DNA of 32,000 bases from Zestosphaera tikiterensis (lineage in GTDB: Archaea; Thermoproteota; Thermoprotei_A; Sulfolobales; NBVN01): positions 90,001-122,000 of the forward strand of contig NBVN01000001.1 in assembly GCA_003056265.1 (NCBI GenBank), read 5' to 3'. Positions 1 to 8,316 of this stretch are shown here, in pieces. Made by a program: the position numbers and the translations under genes. Each line of letters starts with the position of its first letter. Position 1 is the first letter of the stretch. Below the pieces are notes generated by a model. That model was not told the origin of the DNA. It saw only the letters and a program-made list of their open reading frames with translations, and made no database searches.

Positions 1-1
1 T

Positions 2-1978
2 CAAGCGACGTTCATAGATATGTGGAATAAAGGCCTTATCTACGAGTCAGTTAGGCCCGTCATGTGGTGCCCTAGATGTAAGACTACATTAGCTGAGGCG
101 GAGGTAGAGTTCCTTGAGGAGGAGGGGAGGCTTTACTACATAAAGTTTAAAGTTGTTGAGACAGGTGAGGACATCGTAATCGCTACCACTAGGCCGGAAC
201 TCCTCAACGCATGTAAAGCCGTGATATACCACCCGAATGACGAAAGATATAACAGGAGGCTTGCCGGTAAACATGCCGTCATACCGCTTTACGGCGGCGT
301 AGTTCCAATACTGCCAAGTACCTACGCCAACCCTGAATTCGGTACTGGATTAGCTATGATGTGTTCCTACGGCGACACTAGGGATATCTGGTTCTTTAAA
401 GAGCAGGGCCTAACACCTAAGATACTGATAAACCCCGACGGAACGATGAATGATGAAGCCGGATTCCTTAAAGGTCTGCCGGTAAAGGAAGCTAGGAAGA
501 CAATCGCTGAAAAGCTTAATGAGGCAGGGCTTTTGCTGAAGGTTGAGTCACTAACTCATCAAGTACCTTCGTGTTGGAGATGTAAAACACCTATAGAATA
601 CATACATATGAAGGAGTTCTTCTTAAAGCAGTTAGACTTTAAAGACGAAATCCTTAAAGTAGGTAACGCCATGCTTTTCAAACCACCTGAACATAAAGTC
701 AAGTTTGACGTTTGGGTTACGTCCTTAGGTATGGATTGGCCAATCTCTAGAACCCGATATTACGGTACTGAAGTTCCTGTATGGAGATGTAAGAGGTGTG
801 GGCACATAATCCTCGGCAGGTATGGAGAGTATGTCCGTCCTTGGGTGGATCCACCACCGGTTGAGAAATGCCCGAAGTGTGGAGCGCCTAAGGATGAGTT
901 AGAGGGTGAGAAGAGAACTTTCGACACTTGGTTTGATTCCTCTATATCCGTCCTCTACGTTACGAATTGGTTGGAGAATCGTGAAGCTTCGTTAAAGGCT
1001 TTAGACCATGCGTTAAGGCCTCAAGGCTACGACATCATAAGGACGTGGCTTTACTACAGCACATTACGTGTTTGGCTTTTAACAGGTAAGCCGCCGTTTA
1101 AGTGGGTTAGGATTACAGGCATGGGGTTAGATCCTAAAGGTAGGGCCATGCATAAATCATTAGGTAATGTGATATATCCAATGCCGTATGTGGAGAAGTA
1201 TGGAGCCGACGCCTTTAGGTATTGGGCAGCTATAGCTGGTAGGTTAGGAAGTGATTATAGGTGGTCTGAAGACGTTGTAAGGGCGGGTCAAGCCTTCGCA
1301 ACTAAGTTGGTGAACATAGGTAGGTTTATATCGTTTTTTGACGAGCCGCAACTCAATGAAGTTAAGTTGAGGGAAATCGATAAAGCAATGATAAAGTACG
1401 CCGTTACAGTAGCTAAACGCGTTATTAAGTCTTACGAAGACCTAGATGTTTTCGACCCTATCAACGACTTATATAGGTTGGTTTGGGATGTCTTCGCCTC
1501 TAACTACTTAGAGGCTGTGAAACAACGGGCTTACGGGTTGGAAGACCTCAATCAAGAGGAGGTTTTAGGGGCTAGATACACACTTCATAGAGTCTTTAAA
1601 CTCGCGTTGAAGTTGCTACATCCTATAATGCCTTTCGTAACGGACTACATATGGAGGGAGATGTACTCAAGCAAAGGTTTAGGTAGGGAAGTGATTACTC
1701 AAGAAGAGCTTACGGATTTAGGAGGTGATGAGAAGCTTATTAATGCGTTAATTCAGGTGAACTCGGCTGTGTGGAAGTACAAGAAGGAGAATAACATATC
1801 ATTTTCAGAACCTCTTGAGGGCGTTCTCTACCTACCTAACGAATATGAAGCTATCTCGGAGGATCTTAAGGCGCTACATAGAATTCGTAAAATAGCCTTC
1901 GGTAAACCGCCTGAGAATATGAAGCAGGTAACCTTAGCTGAAGGCATATACCTAGTTTTTGAGTGGATGTTGAAGTAA
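2..1978 (+). CDS. valS: valyl-tRNA synthetase, 5' end cut by the window edge
   Basis: The frame is open from nt 2 (QATFID precedes the first Met of the listed ORF), so the gene starts upstream of the window. Class I aaRS features are present: an editing-domain signature TTRPELL..A.A..HP.D.RY, GTGLAMMCSYGD resembling the archaeal ValRS GTG..M.C.FGD block, several CxxC zinc knuckles (CPRC, CWRC, CKRC, CPKC), a KMSKS-position loop reading AMHKS, and a helical anticodon-binding C-terminus. Confidence 0.8.
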   Translation, partial: QATFIDMWNKGLIYESVRPVMWCPRCKTTLAEAEVEFLEEEGRLYYIKFKVVETGEDIVIATTRPELLNACKAVIYHPNDERYNRRLAGKHAVIPLYGGVVPILPSTYANPEFGTGLAMMCSYGDTRDIWFFKEQGLTPKILINPDGTMNDEAGFLKGLPVKEARKTIAEKLNEAGLLLKVESLTHQVPSCWRCKTPIEYIHMKEFFLKQLDFKDEILKVGNAMLFKPPEHKVKFDVWVTSLGMDWPISRTRYYGTEVPVWRCKRCGHIILGRYGEYVRPWVDPPPVEKCPKCGAPKDELEGEKRTFDTWFDSSISVLYVTNWLENREASLKALDHALRPQGYDIIRTWLYYSTLRVWLLTGKPPFKWVRITGMGLDPKGRAMHKSLGNVIYPMPYVEKYGADAFRYWAAIAGRLGSDYRWSEDVVRAGQAFATKLVNIGRFISFFDEPQLNEVKLREIDKAMIKYAVTVAKRVIKSYEDLDVFDPINDLYRLVWDVFASNYLEAVKQRAYGLEDLNQEEVLGARYTLHRVFKLALKLLHPIMPFVTDYIWREMYSSKGLGREVITQEELTDLGGDEKLINALIQVNSAVWKYKKENNISFSEPLEGVLYLPNEYEAISEDLKALHRIRKIAFGKPPENMKQVTLAEGIYLVFEWMLK

Positions 1979-2029
1979 CCCTTTTAACTCTTGAATTCAA
2001 CATAACTTAAGAGGGAGTCAAGACTTAAG

Positions 2030-3070
2030 TTGGTGATCTCAGGTAGGTGTGACGACATAGGATGTTGGGTTGGTAAGCTACCTAAGGGTTGTAAGCTCTG
2101 TATGGAAGGTTTAAAAAGCGTTGTCTTCACCACAGGCTTATGCCCCGAGAACTGTTTTTACTGTCCTATCTCCTTAGCTAAGAAAGGAAAGGACGTTATG
2201 TACGTTAACGAAACCCCGGTTAGGGATTTGAAGGATCTACTAATGGAGGTTGTAGTGTCTGGGTCTAAAGGTGTTGGTGTGACTGGAGGCGATCCTTTAG
2301 TTAAGGTGGATGACGTTGTTAAAATGATTAAACATCTGAAGGAGTTCTTAGGCGATGGTTTTCACATACATCTATATACTACAGGTTTTCTAGTAAATGA
2401 TAAAAACTTAACTGCTTTAGTTAATGCTGGCTTAGATGAGTTGAGAATACATGTAACGGGGGAGCACTCGTTTAAGGCTTTAAAGAAGGCTTTAGAATAC
2501 CCTATAGATGTGGGGGTTGAGAATCCAGTTCTTCCTAACTCGCTGAACTTCCTGAAGGATGTTATACTTAAAAGTAGTGAGTTAGGGGTTAAGTTCGTCA
2601 ACCTTAACGAGCTTGAAGCTAGTGAATCAAATTACGAGAAGTTCCTGCAGAGAGGCTTTAAAGTAGGTGTTGACGGAGTGAGCGTTGAGGGTTCTAAAGA
2701 CGTAGCTCTTGAGATCCTTAAGTGGGTGGATAACGCGGGGATTGACGTAAGCGTTCACTTCTGTCCGGCGGTATTTAAAGATAGGTATCAATTTAGAAAA
2801 AGACTGCGTAGGAGGTTCGTAAGAAGTAAGAGGGTTTTTGAATGGGGTAAGGGAGGTTTAGTTAAGTGGATTGAAGTAAGTGTTGATGAAATATCTAACT
2901 CAAGCCTTAAGGCTTTATGGCTTGCCGACCTCGCCTTTAAAGCAGGGGATAAGCTATTGACGGGTAGACGGGTTGGTAGCTTGCTAAAGAACCTTAAAGT
3001 AAGTTATGACTTGGTTGAGGGTTACCCGACAACACCTAGGAAAGTTTTAAACGTGTTTCAAATAAGTTAA
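2030..3070 (+). CDS. radical SAM protein (pyruvate formate-lyase-activase-related archaeal family)
   Basis: It has the CxxxCxxC cluster motif CPENCFYCP near the N-terminus and a GGDPL glycine-rich SAM motif, with a length typical of stand-alone radical SAM enzymes. The start is TTG at 2030, and GTG at 2033 is equally possible. Confidence 0.7.
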   Translation: MVISGRCDDIGCWVGKLPKGCKLCMEGLKSVVFTTGLCPENCFYCPISLAKKGKDVMYVNETPVRDLKDLLMEVVVSGSKGVGVTGGDPLVKVDDVVKMIKHLKEFLGDGFHIHLYTTGFLVNDKNLTALVNAGLDELRIHVTGEHSFKALKKALEYPIDVGVENPVLPNSLNFLKDVILKSSELGVKFVNLNELEASESNYEKFLQRGFKVGVDGVSVEGSKDVALEILKWVDNAGIDVSVHFCPAVFKDRYQFRKRLRRRFVRSKRVFEWGKGGLVKWIEVSVDEISNSSLKALWLADLAFKAGDKLLTGRRVGSLLKNLKVSYDLVEGYPTTPRKVLNVFQIS

Positions 3071-3128
3071 AACAATTAAACCTTAAATTGAGAAATTGAG
3101 ATTTAATTTAGGTGTGTTATGCTTGAGT

Positions 3129-4229
3129 GTGGATACGGCTATAGTTCTCGCTGGAGGTTACGCGACTCGTTTAAGACCTTTAACCTTAACCAGGCCTAAA
3201 GCACTCCTACCTGTTTTAGGGAAGCCCATACTTGATTGGATTTTAGAGGGGTTGAAGTCCGCCGGCGTTTATAGGGTGTTTATGTCTGTAAGGTACTTAG
3301 CCGACATGATTAAGAGCAGGTACGGCGATGGTGGGGGGTTAGGAATTAAGATAGAGTATGTGGAGGAGATAAACCCTTTGGGCGATGCGGGACCTGTGCC
3401 GTTAATAGTTAATAAATACGGTATTAAAGACCCTTTCCTCGTGGTTTACAGCGACATATTCTCAAACATAAACTTCGCTGAAGTTATTAAACATCACTTA
3501 AGCAACAGCGGGTTAGTTACAATAGCTTTAACTAAAGTTGAGGATCCGTCGAGATATGGTGTAGCAGTACTTGACGCAGACAACAAAGTAGTTAGTTTTG
3601 TCGAGAAACCTCAGGGCGTGGTAAGCAGTAACTTAATTAATGCGGGGGTTTATGTTTTCCAGCCGCAGGCACTTAAATACTTCCCAAGTAAGACCCCCTC
3701 TAAGCTAGCTATAGATGTCATCCCTAAAGTTGTTAAGGATGGTGAGCTATACGGATACGTTCATGAAGGTTTATGGCTTGACATAGGCGTTCCGAAAGAC
3801 TATCTTGAAGCCAACATTAAAGCTTTAAAGCACTTCATGCCTGAAGGTCATGTATCCAACGAAGCTGAGTTAAGTGAGGACGCTACAATAATACAGCCAT
3901 CATTCATAGATAGAAATGTAAAGGTAGGTAAAGCTTCGGTTATAGGTCCGTACGCGGTTGTAGGGTATAAAACCTTAATCGGATCTAACTCTAGGGTTAA
4001 GAACTCCGTCTTATTAAATAACGTAGTTCTTGAGCCAGCTGCACATATAGAATACTCGGTAGTAGGTGAGGGCACACACATAGGTAAGTGGGTAAGGATC
4101 TCGGAAGGTTGCGTGTTAGGCGATGAAGTCACCATAGGCGATGAAGTATACATAGCTAAGAATACCGTAATACTTCCTCATAAGGAGGTAAATGAAAACG
4201 TGGAAACACCTGGTAAGATACTACTATGA
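3129..4229 (+). CDS. sugar-1-phosphate nucleotidyltransferase with C-terminal left-handed beta-helix domain
   Basis: The N-terminus AIVLAGGYATRLRPLT..PKALLP is the G-x-G-T-R-L NTP-transferase signature. The C-terminal third shows hexapeptide-repeat periodicity (IG.N..V.NSVL.N.V.. etc). The longest ORF starts at TTG 3096, but the GTG at 3129 places the GG.ATRL motif at the usual distance from the N-terminus and fits a TATA-like CCTTAAAT near 3081. Confidence 0.75.
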   Translation: MDTAIVLAGGYATRLRPLTLTRPKALLPVLGKPILDWILEGLKSAGVYRVFMSVRYLADMIKSRYGDGGGLGIKIEYVEEINPLGDAGPVPLIVNKYGIKDPFLVVYSDIFSNINFAEVIKHHLSNSGLVTIALTKVEDPSRYGVAVLDADNKVVSFVEKPQGVVSSNLINAGVYVFQPQALKYFPSKTPSKLAIDVIPKVVKDGELYGYVHEGLWLDIGVPKDYLEANIKALKHFMPEGHVSNEAELSEDATIIQPSFIDRNVKVGKASVIGPYAVVGYKTLIGSNSRVKNSVLLNNVVLEPAAHIEYSVVGEGTHIGKWVRISEGCVLGDEVTIGDEVYIAKNTVILPHKEVNENVETPGKILL

Positions 4230-4234
4230 CCCTC

Positions 4235-4267
<33 letters not shown>

Positions 4268-4396
4268 ACGCACTTCAATAAGCTATCTAGTCCCGAGCCT
4301 GCCTCTCAATGGTAAGCTTTCCAGTTATAGGGCTACTAGGCGTCTTTACCTTGAGCAAACTTATATTTACTGCGATAAATATTTACAGGGGATAAT

Positions 4397-5539
4397 ATGA
4401 GTATTAAAGTAGTGTTACTTGGAGCTGGATATGTAGCTACACACCTAGCCGTAGGTTTAGAAAGACTTAAGAAACGTCTAGTTGAGCCTTACGGCATCCC
4501 CTTAGCTAACTATAAATTACCTTACAAAATCGAAGATATTGAGATCGTTGGCGTGTATGACGTTGACAACTCTAAAGTGGGTAAGAGCCTATACGAAATA
4601 GCCACTCAAGTTATGGGGTCTGACTACCCAATCCCTGAAGAGCTTAAGAAGCTTAAGGTTTCTAGGGGTGTACATAGAGATTCAACTAAGGGAATGGGTT
4701 TTTCAGCCACGGGCTTAGATGATGTGAGGGGGGTTCCCGAAGCTGTAGATGTGCTCGTGAGTGAATGGTTAAGCCTTAAACCGGATGTTGTAGTTAACGT
4801 AATAACGACTGAATACGGCAACAGCTACCCAAGTAAGGAAGTGGCTGAGGAGTATATACTTTCAGGTAAATCTCCCGCTACGCACGTATACGCATACATA
4901 ACGGCTAAGTACGCTAGTAAGGTAGGTCAAGCAGCTTTCGTTAACGCTATTCCAACACCCGTAGCTAACAACGACGGGTTGCTTAACCTCCTCGAGGAAT
5001 CCGGAGTTGTTGTATTCGGAGACGATGGAGCTACTGGAGCCACTCCGTTAACTGCCGATATCTTAGAACATATGTTCCAGAGGAATAGGAAGGTAGAGTT
5101 CATAGTTCAGTTCAACATCGGGGGCAACACAGATTTCTACGCGTTAACTTTAGAAGACAAGAATAAAATGAAGGAGATAACTAAGTCTAGTATGGTTAAA
5201 GACATCTTAGGATATGAAACACCCACTTATATAAAGCCTACGGGTTACCTAGAGCCCTTAGGCGATAAGAAATACGTAGCCATGCACTTAGAGTATATAA
5301 GCTTCAACGGGTTTAGAGATTCTATATATATCAACGCTAGGATTAACGACTCCCCAGCCCTCGCAGGGATTCTAGTGGATTTAATTAGAATCGGCAAGAT
5401 AGCGTTAGATAGAGGAGTTAGAGGGACGGTATACCCCGTTAACGCATTCTTCATGAAGAAACCAGGGCCAAATAACTCCAGAAACATAGCTAAGACTAGA
5501 GCGTATTATGAGCTTCTTCGATGGCTTGGCTTAAAATAA
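4397..5539 (+). CDS. ino1: myo-inositol-1-phosphate synthase (archaeal short form)
   Basis: The protein is about 380 aa. It has an N-terminal Rossmann motif VVLLGAGYVATHL, the blocks GDDGATGATP and NIGGNTDF, and a C-terminal tail, all recognisable from archaeal and bacterial MIPS. A TATA box TTATATTT at 4361-4368 lies about 30 nt upstream of the ATG, which suggests a leaderless mRNA. Confidence 0.8.
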   Translation: MSIKVVLLGAGYVATHLAVGLERLKKRLVEPYGIPLANYKLPYKIEDIEIVGVYDVDNSKVGKSLYEIATQVMGSDYPIPEELKKLKVSRGVHRDSTKGMGFSATGLDDVRGVPEAVDVLVSEWLSLKPDVVVNVITTEYGNSYPSKEVAEEYILSGKSPATHVYAYITAKYASKVGQAAFVNAIPTPVANNDGLLNLLEESGVVVFGDDGATGATPLTADILEHMFQRNRKVEFIVQFNIGGNTDFYALTLEDKNKMKEITKSSMVKDILGYETPTYIKPTGYLEPLGDKKYVAMHLEYISFNGFRDSIYINARINDSPALAGILVDLIRIGKIALDRGVRGTVYPVNAFFMKKPGPNNSRNIAKTRAYYELLRWLGLK

Positions 5540-5577
5540 ATTTTTAAACTTAAATCAAAGATTTTCAAGGGTTTTAA

Positions 5578-6507
5578 TTGAATGGTGTTGTAGTAGTACA
5601 CGCTGGAGCAGGTACTTGGAGATTCTTCAACAGAGATGAAGTAACAAAAGTGATTAAGTCTTCCTTAAGAGCGGGCATTGAAGCCTTAAAACGTGGTGGG
5701 ACGGCTTTAGACGCCGTAGTTAACGCTACGATAGTCTTAGAAGATTCAGGCATTTTAAACGCTGGGTTGGGCTCCGTGGTTGATGCTTTAGGAAGGCTTA
5801 CAATGGACGCCGGCGTTATGGATGGTTATACCGGAAGAGCTGGTGCTGTAGCAGCAGTTACATATCCTAAAAATCCGGTAGTCCTAGCTAGGAAGGTTAT
5901 GGAGTTAACAGATCATATCATACTTTCCGGTTCAGGCGCTGACGAATTAGCTTTCAGACTTAATCTCCCCAAACATCCGGGACCTACGGAGAGGGTTCTC
6001 AAGCTTTATAAAGAGTATGTAAGTAAGGCAGACCCAACATCGGTTAGATTCGCTAAAAACGTTAAAATAGCTAAGGAGTTAGGGATGTTAGATACTGTAG
6101 GGGCAGTTGCCTTAGATAACGACGGTAGGTTAGCTGCCGCAGTCTCAACAGGCGGCATAATACTTAAGTTTCCGGGACGCGTTGGTGATTCAGCAATACC
6201 GGGCGCAGGATTCTACGCCGACAGATATGGCGCCGCCGTAGCCACTGGAGTTGGGGAAACTATAATGATGTCTTTACTTACGTATAGAGCCGTACAGCTT
6301 ATAAAAGAAGGGTATACAGCGATTACTGCGGCTAAGATGGCGTTGCAGTTTCACACATCACTCTTCGGTAAGGATACCGCTGGATTGATAATTGTTGACC
6401 GTAGTGGAACACCTTACGGAGCTTACAACACGCAAGCTATGCCTTGGGGGTATATAAGAGTAGATATGGAAGAACCATACATCTCTGGGTTTCCTGAAAC
6501 CACCTAG
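5578..6507 (+). CDS. Ntn-hydrolase isoaspartyl peptidase / plant-type L-asparaginase
   Basis: Asparaginase_2-type motifs are present: HAGAG near the N-terminus, the autoprocessing site LDTVGAVALD with a Thr nucleophile, and GRVGDS.IPGAG plus TG.GE downstream. Confidence 0.8.
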   Translation: MNGVVVVHAGAGTWRFFNRDEVTKVIKSSLRAGIEALKRGGTALDAVVNATIVLEDSGILNAGLGSVVDALGRLTMDAGVMDGYTGRAGAVAAVTYPKNPVVLARKVMELTDHIILSGSGADELAFRLNLPKHPGPTERVLKLYKEYVSKADPTSVRFAKNVKIAKELGMLDTVGAVALDNDGRLAAAVSTGGIILKFPGRVGDSAIPGAGFYADRYGAAVATGVGETIMMSLLTYRAVQLIKEGYTAITAAKMALQFHTSLFGKDTAGLIIVDRSGTPYGAYNTQAMPWGYIRVDMEEPYISGFPETT

Positions 6508-7469
6508 AGATTAACGCTTCCTTGAATTTTCAAAAGTTGTTTAGGAGTTTTCACAATTATCCATGCCGCGCCATAAAGAACCACATCATCTTTAAATGAC
6601 GTAATAGCAAACTCCGGAGGTCTATTCACTAAATACTCACGTACCTCATCCACTATCTCGAAGATGAAGTCCGGGTTGTTTAAAGCTATTGAACCGCCTA
6701 ATATGAAAACCTCCGGGTCGTAAACGTTAATTACAGACGCTATCCCGGCAGCGTTAACTTTAATGAGTTCCTGAACCACGTGCGAAGCGAACGGATCTCC
6801 TTTACGCCAATACTCAAGTAATTCGCTCATGCCGACCGTTCTTACCCTACTTAAACTAAGTAACGGCGTCTCCCCCAACGACCAAGCACTGCTTAACTTA
6901 ACAACTAGCTTCCAAACATTTGAACCGGAGGCTAAAGCTTCCCAATGTCCTAAGCCACCACAACCACACCGTATTCCTGAGCTATAATCAACTACTACAT
7001 GACCTACTTCATGCGCGTTGCCATCCTTACCTAAGAGTAGGTTGCCGTCGACAACAACGCCCGCCCCTATCCCCGAACTTAAAGTTAGATATACTACGTT
7101 ATCGTATGCTGAACCATGCCCAGCCATATACTCTGCGTAAACACCTGCTACAGCATCGTTAACTACGTAGACTGGAACCCCTAAAGCTTTCTTAAGCGGT
7201 TCTCTAAGCTTAAATGACTTAAAACCTAGGTTAGGTGTATTAACTACGTCGCCGGATCTTATGTCGAGAGGTCCTATAGTGCCTATGCAAGCCCCCACAA
7301 CGTCGTTTAACGAGACCCTACTTTCTTTAAGTAGTTCTTTAGCTAGCTTAAGGATTGTGTTAGCTATGTCCTCAGGTTCCTTAGGCTCTGGAGTGTTTAC
7401 TACTTTCTTATTGATGAGCTTTACAGGGTCTATAGTGAATAAACCCACTCTAGTCTTACTAGCCCCCAC
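6504..7469 (-). CDS. ROK-family sugar kinase (glucokinase/hexokinase-like); the true N-terminus probably lies upstream of the listed GTG
   Basis: ROK signatures are GIGAGVVVDG and the zinc motif region HVVVDYSSGIRCGCGGLGHWE. The ASKHA phosphate-1 motif (ALAADVGASKTRV) is only complete if the 9 codons upstream of GTG 7469 are translated. See the finding at 7467-7505. Confidence 0.75.
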   Translation of the reverse strand: MGASKTRVGLFTIDPVKLINKKVVNTPEPKEPEDIANTILKLAKELLKESRVSLNDVVGACIGTIGPLDIRSGDVVNTPNLGFKSFKLREPLKKALGVPVYVVNDAVAGVYAEYMAGHGSAYDNVVYLTLSSGIGAGVVVDGNLLLGKDGNAHEVGHVVVDYSSGIRCGCGGLGHWEALASGSNVWKLVVKLSSAWSLGETPLLSLSRVRTVGMSELLEYWRKGDPFASHVVQELIKVNAAGIASVINVYDPEVFILGGSIALNNPDFIFEIVDEVREYLVNRPPEFAITSFKDDVVLYGAAWIIVKTPKQLLKIQGSVNL

Positions 7470-7496
7470 ATCCGCTGCTAAAGCGAAACGTGTTAC

Positions 7497-8045
7497 TCAC
7501 CCATGCTTTACTAAAGGCTTTCTCCCCTTACGTTCGGATATAGTCCGGCAAAGCTCTGAAGTTAACTCTACAGGGTTTAAATACTTTTTAATCGGTGCTA
7601 GATGCCTATCGTCTAAGTATTCAGGCAGATTAACAACCACATCCGTAGGCATTCCAGTACCCACTAATGCGAAAATAGGCTTGCCTTCGGTATATGCCGT
7701 AACTAACTCCTGCATGCATCCGGCTCCACCTCCTAATACGACTAAAGCGTCTGACGTCCTAGCCAGGAAGACGCTTCTAACCCTATATGAAGTCCCTGTC
7801 TTAATCACGAAGACCTTCTCAGGAAATTCCACATCTTCCTGCTCTATCGGGGGCAGTACAACGACGTTAAAACCTAAGCTTAACCCTTCGTCAACGACGA
7901 ACTTCATTAAACCCCAGTAACCACCCACCACTAAGGCTACGTCGTTAGGACACTTAGATCGTAACTCACGTAAGAAGACGGAAGCTTTAGCTTTTAAGTC
8001 TTCGCTTACGTCTTTAGAATGTGCTGCTATACCTACATACTTCAC
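7497..8045 (-). CDS. LOG / TIGR00725-type Rossmann-fold protein (lysine-decarboxylase-like family)
   Basis: The protein is about 180 aa and carries a GGYWGLM nucleotide-binding loop and a LOG-type motif VLGGGAGCMQE (PGGxGTxxE-like). The start codon is GTG at 8043-8045. Confidence 0.65.
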   Translation of the reverse strand: MKYVGIAAHSKDVSEDLKAKASVFLRELRSKCPNDVALVVGGYWGLMKFVVDEGLSLGFNVVVLPPIEQEDVEFPEKVFVIKTGTSYRVRSVFLARTSDALVVLGGGAGCMQELVTAYTEGKPIFALVGTGMPTDVVVNLPEYLDDRHLAPIKKYLNPVELTSELCRTISERKGRKPLVKHG

Positions 8046-8095
8046 AATATCACCACCTCATTCTTAAGGCTTCGCCTTTTAAGGTAGGATGAATG

Positions 8096-8103
8096 TTTAT
8101 AAG
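8096..8103 (+). promoter_or_regulatory. TATA box for the downstream ncRNA
   Basis: TTTATAAG lies about 25-30 nt upstream of the point where the sequence changes from AT-rich to GC-rich and structured. Confidence 0.5.
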
Positions 8104-8130
8104 CTTTCTCTAGCTTAATATGTATTGTGT

Positions 8131-8295
8131 TGGGTGTGGGCAACCGTGGCTTGGGATGAGTCCCACACCTTCCCGGTGCTGGCGGCGGGAGCTGATAGAT
8201 GATGCACTCCCGGTGAGGGGCTTCAGAGAGGTGATGGAAGCCCTAGGGGGAGAACCCCTGCCATAAACAGCAGGGGCCGTCAGCGGTTAATCCCT
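8131..8295 (+). ncRNA. structured GC-rich small RNA with two K-loop-capped hairpins; class unassigned (L7Ae-binding, H/ACA-like?)
   Basis: No ORF covers this GC-rich island, which sits in an AT-rich spacer with its own TATA box. Perfect stems are 8133-8140/8162-8169 (8 bp), 8186-8191/8207-8212 (6 bp), 8218-8224/8237-8243 (7 bp) and 8246-8250/8255-8259. The loops read CUGA-UAGA-UGAUG and CAGA-GAG-GUGAUG, which are K-turn motifs only on the + strand. The boundaries are approximate. Confidence 0.6.
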
Positions 8296-8316
8296 TAGCG
8301 GAATAAATAAAAATGT

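Noticed and set aside
7261-7920. A 219-aa ORF on the + strand that spans the junction of the ROK and LOG-like genes.
   Set aside because: It is entirely antisense to two well-supported minus-strand genes. It has low-complexity Ser/Thr/Leu-rich composition and no motifs, which is typical of a shadow ORF.
8131-8295. The structured RNA interpreted as RNase P RNA (including the minimal type T), SRP RNA or a C/D box guide RNA.
   Set aside because: The candidate CR-I-like GGGAUGAGUCCC lacks the conserved GGAAAGUCC adenosines, and there is no P3 hairpin before it. About 165 nt is too short for archaeal SRP RNA, and there is no helix-8 GGAA/AGCA motif. The sequences flanking the CUGA/UGAUG motifs pair with each other rather than acting as 12-nt guides, and no terminal C and D boxes occur at the right spacing.
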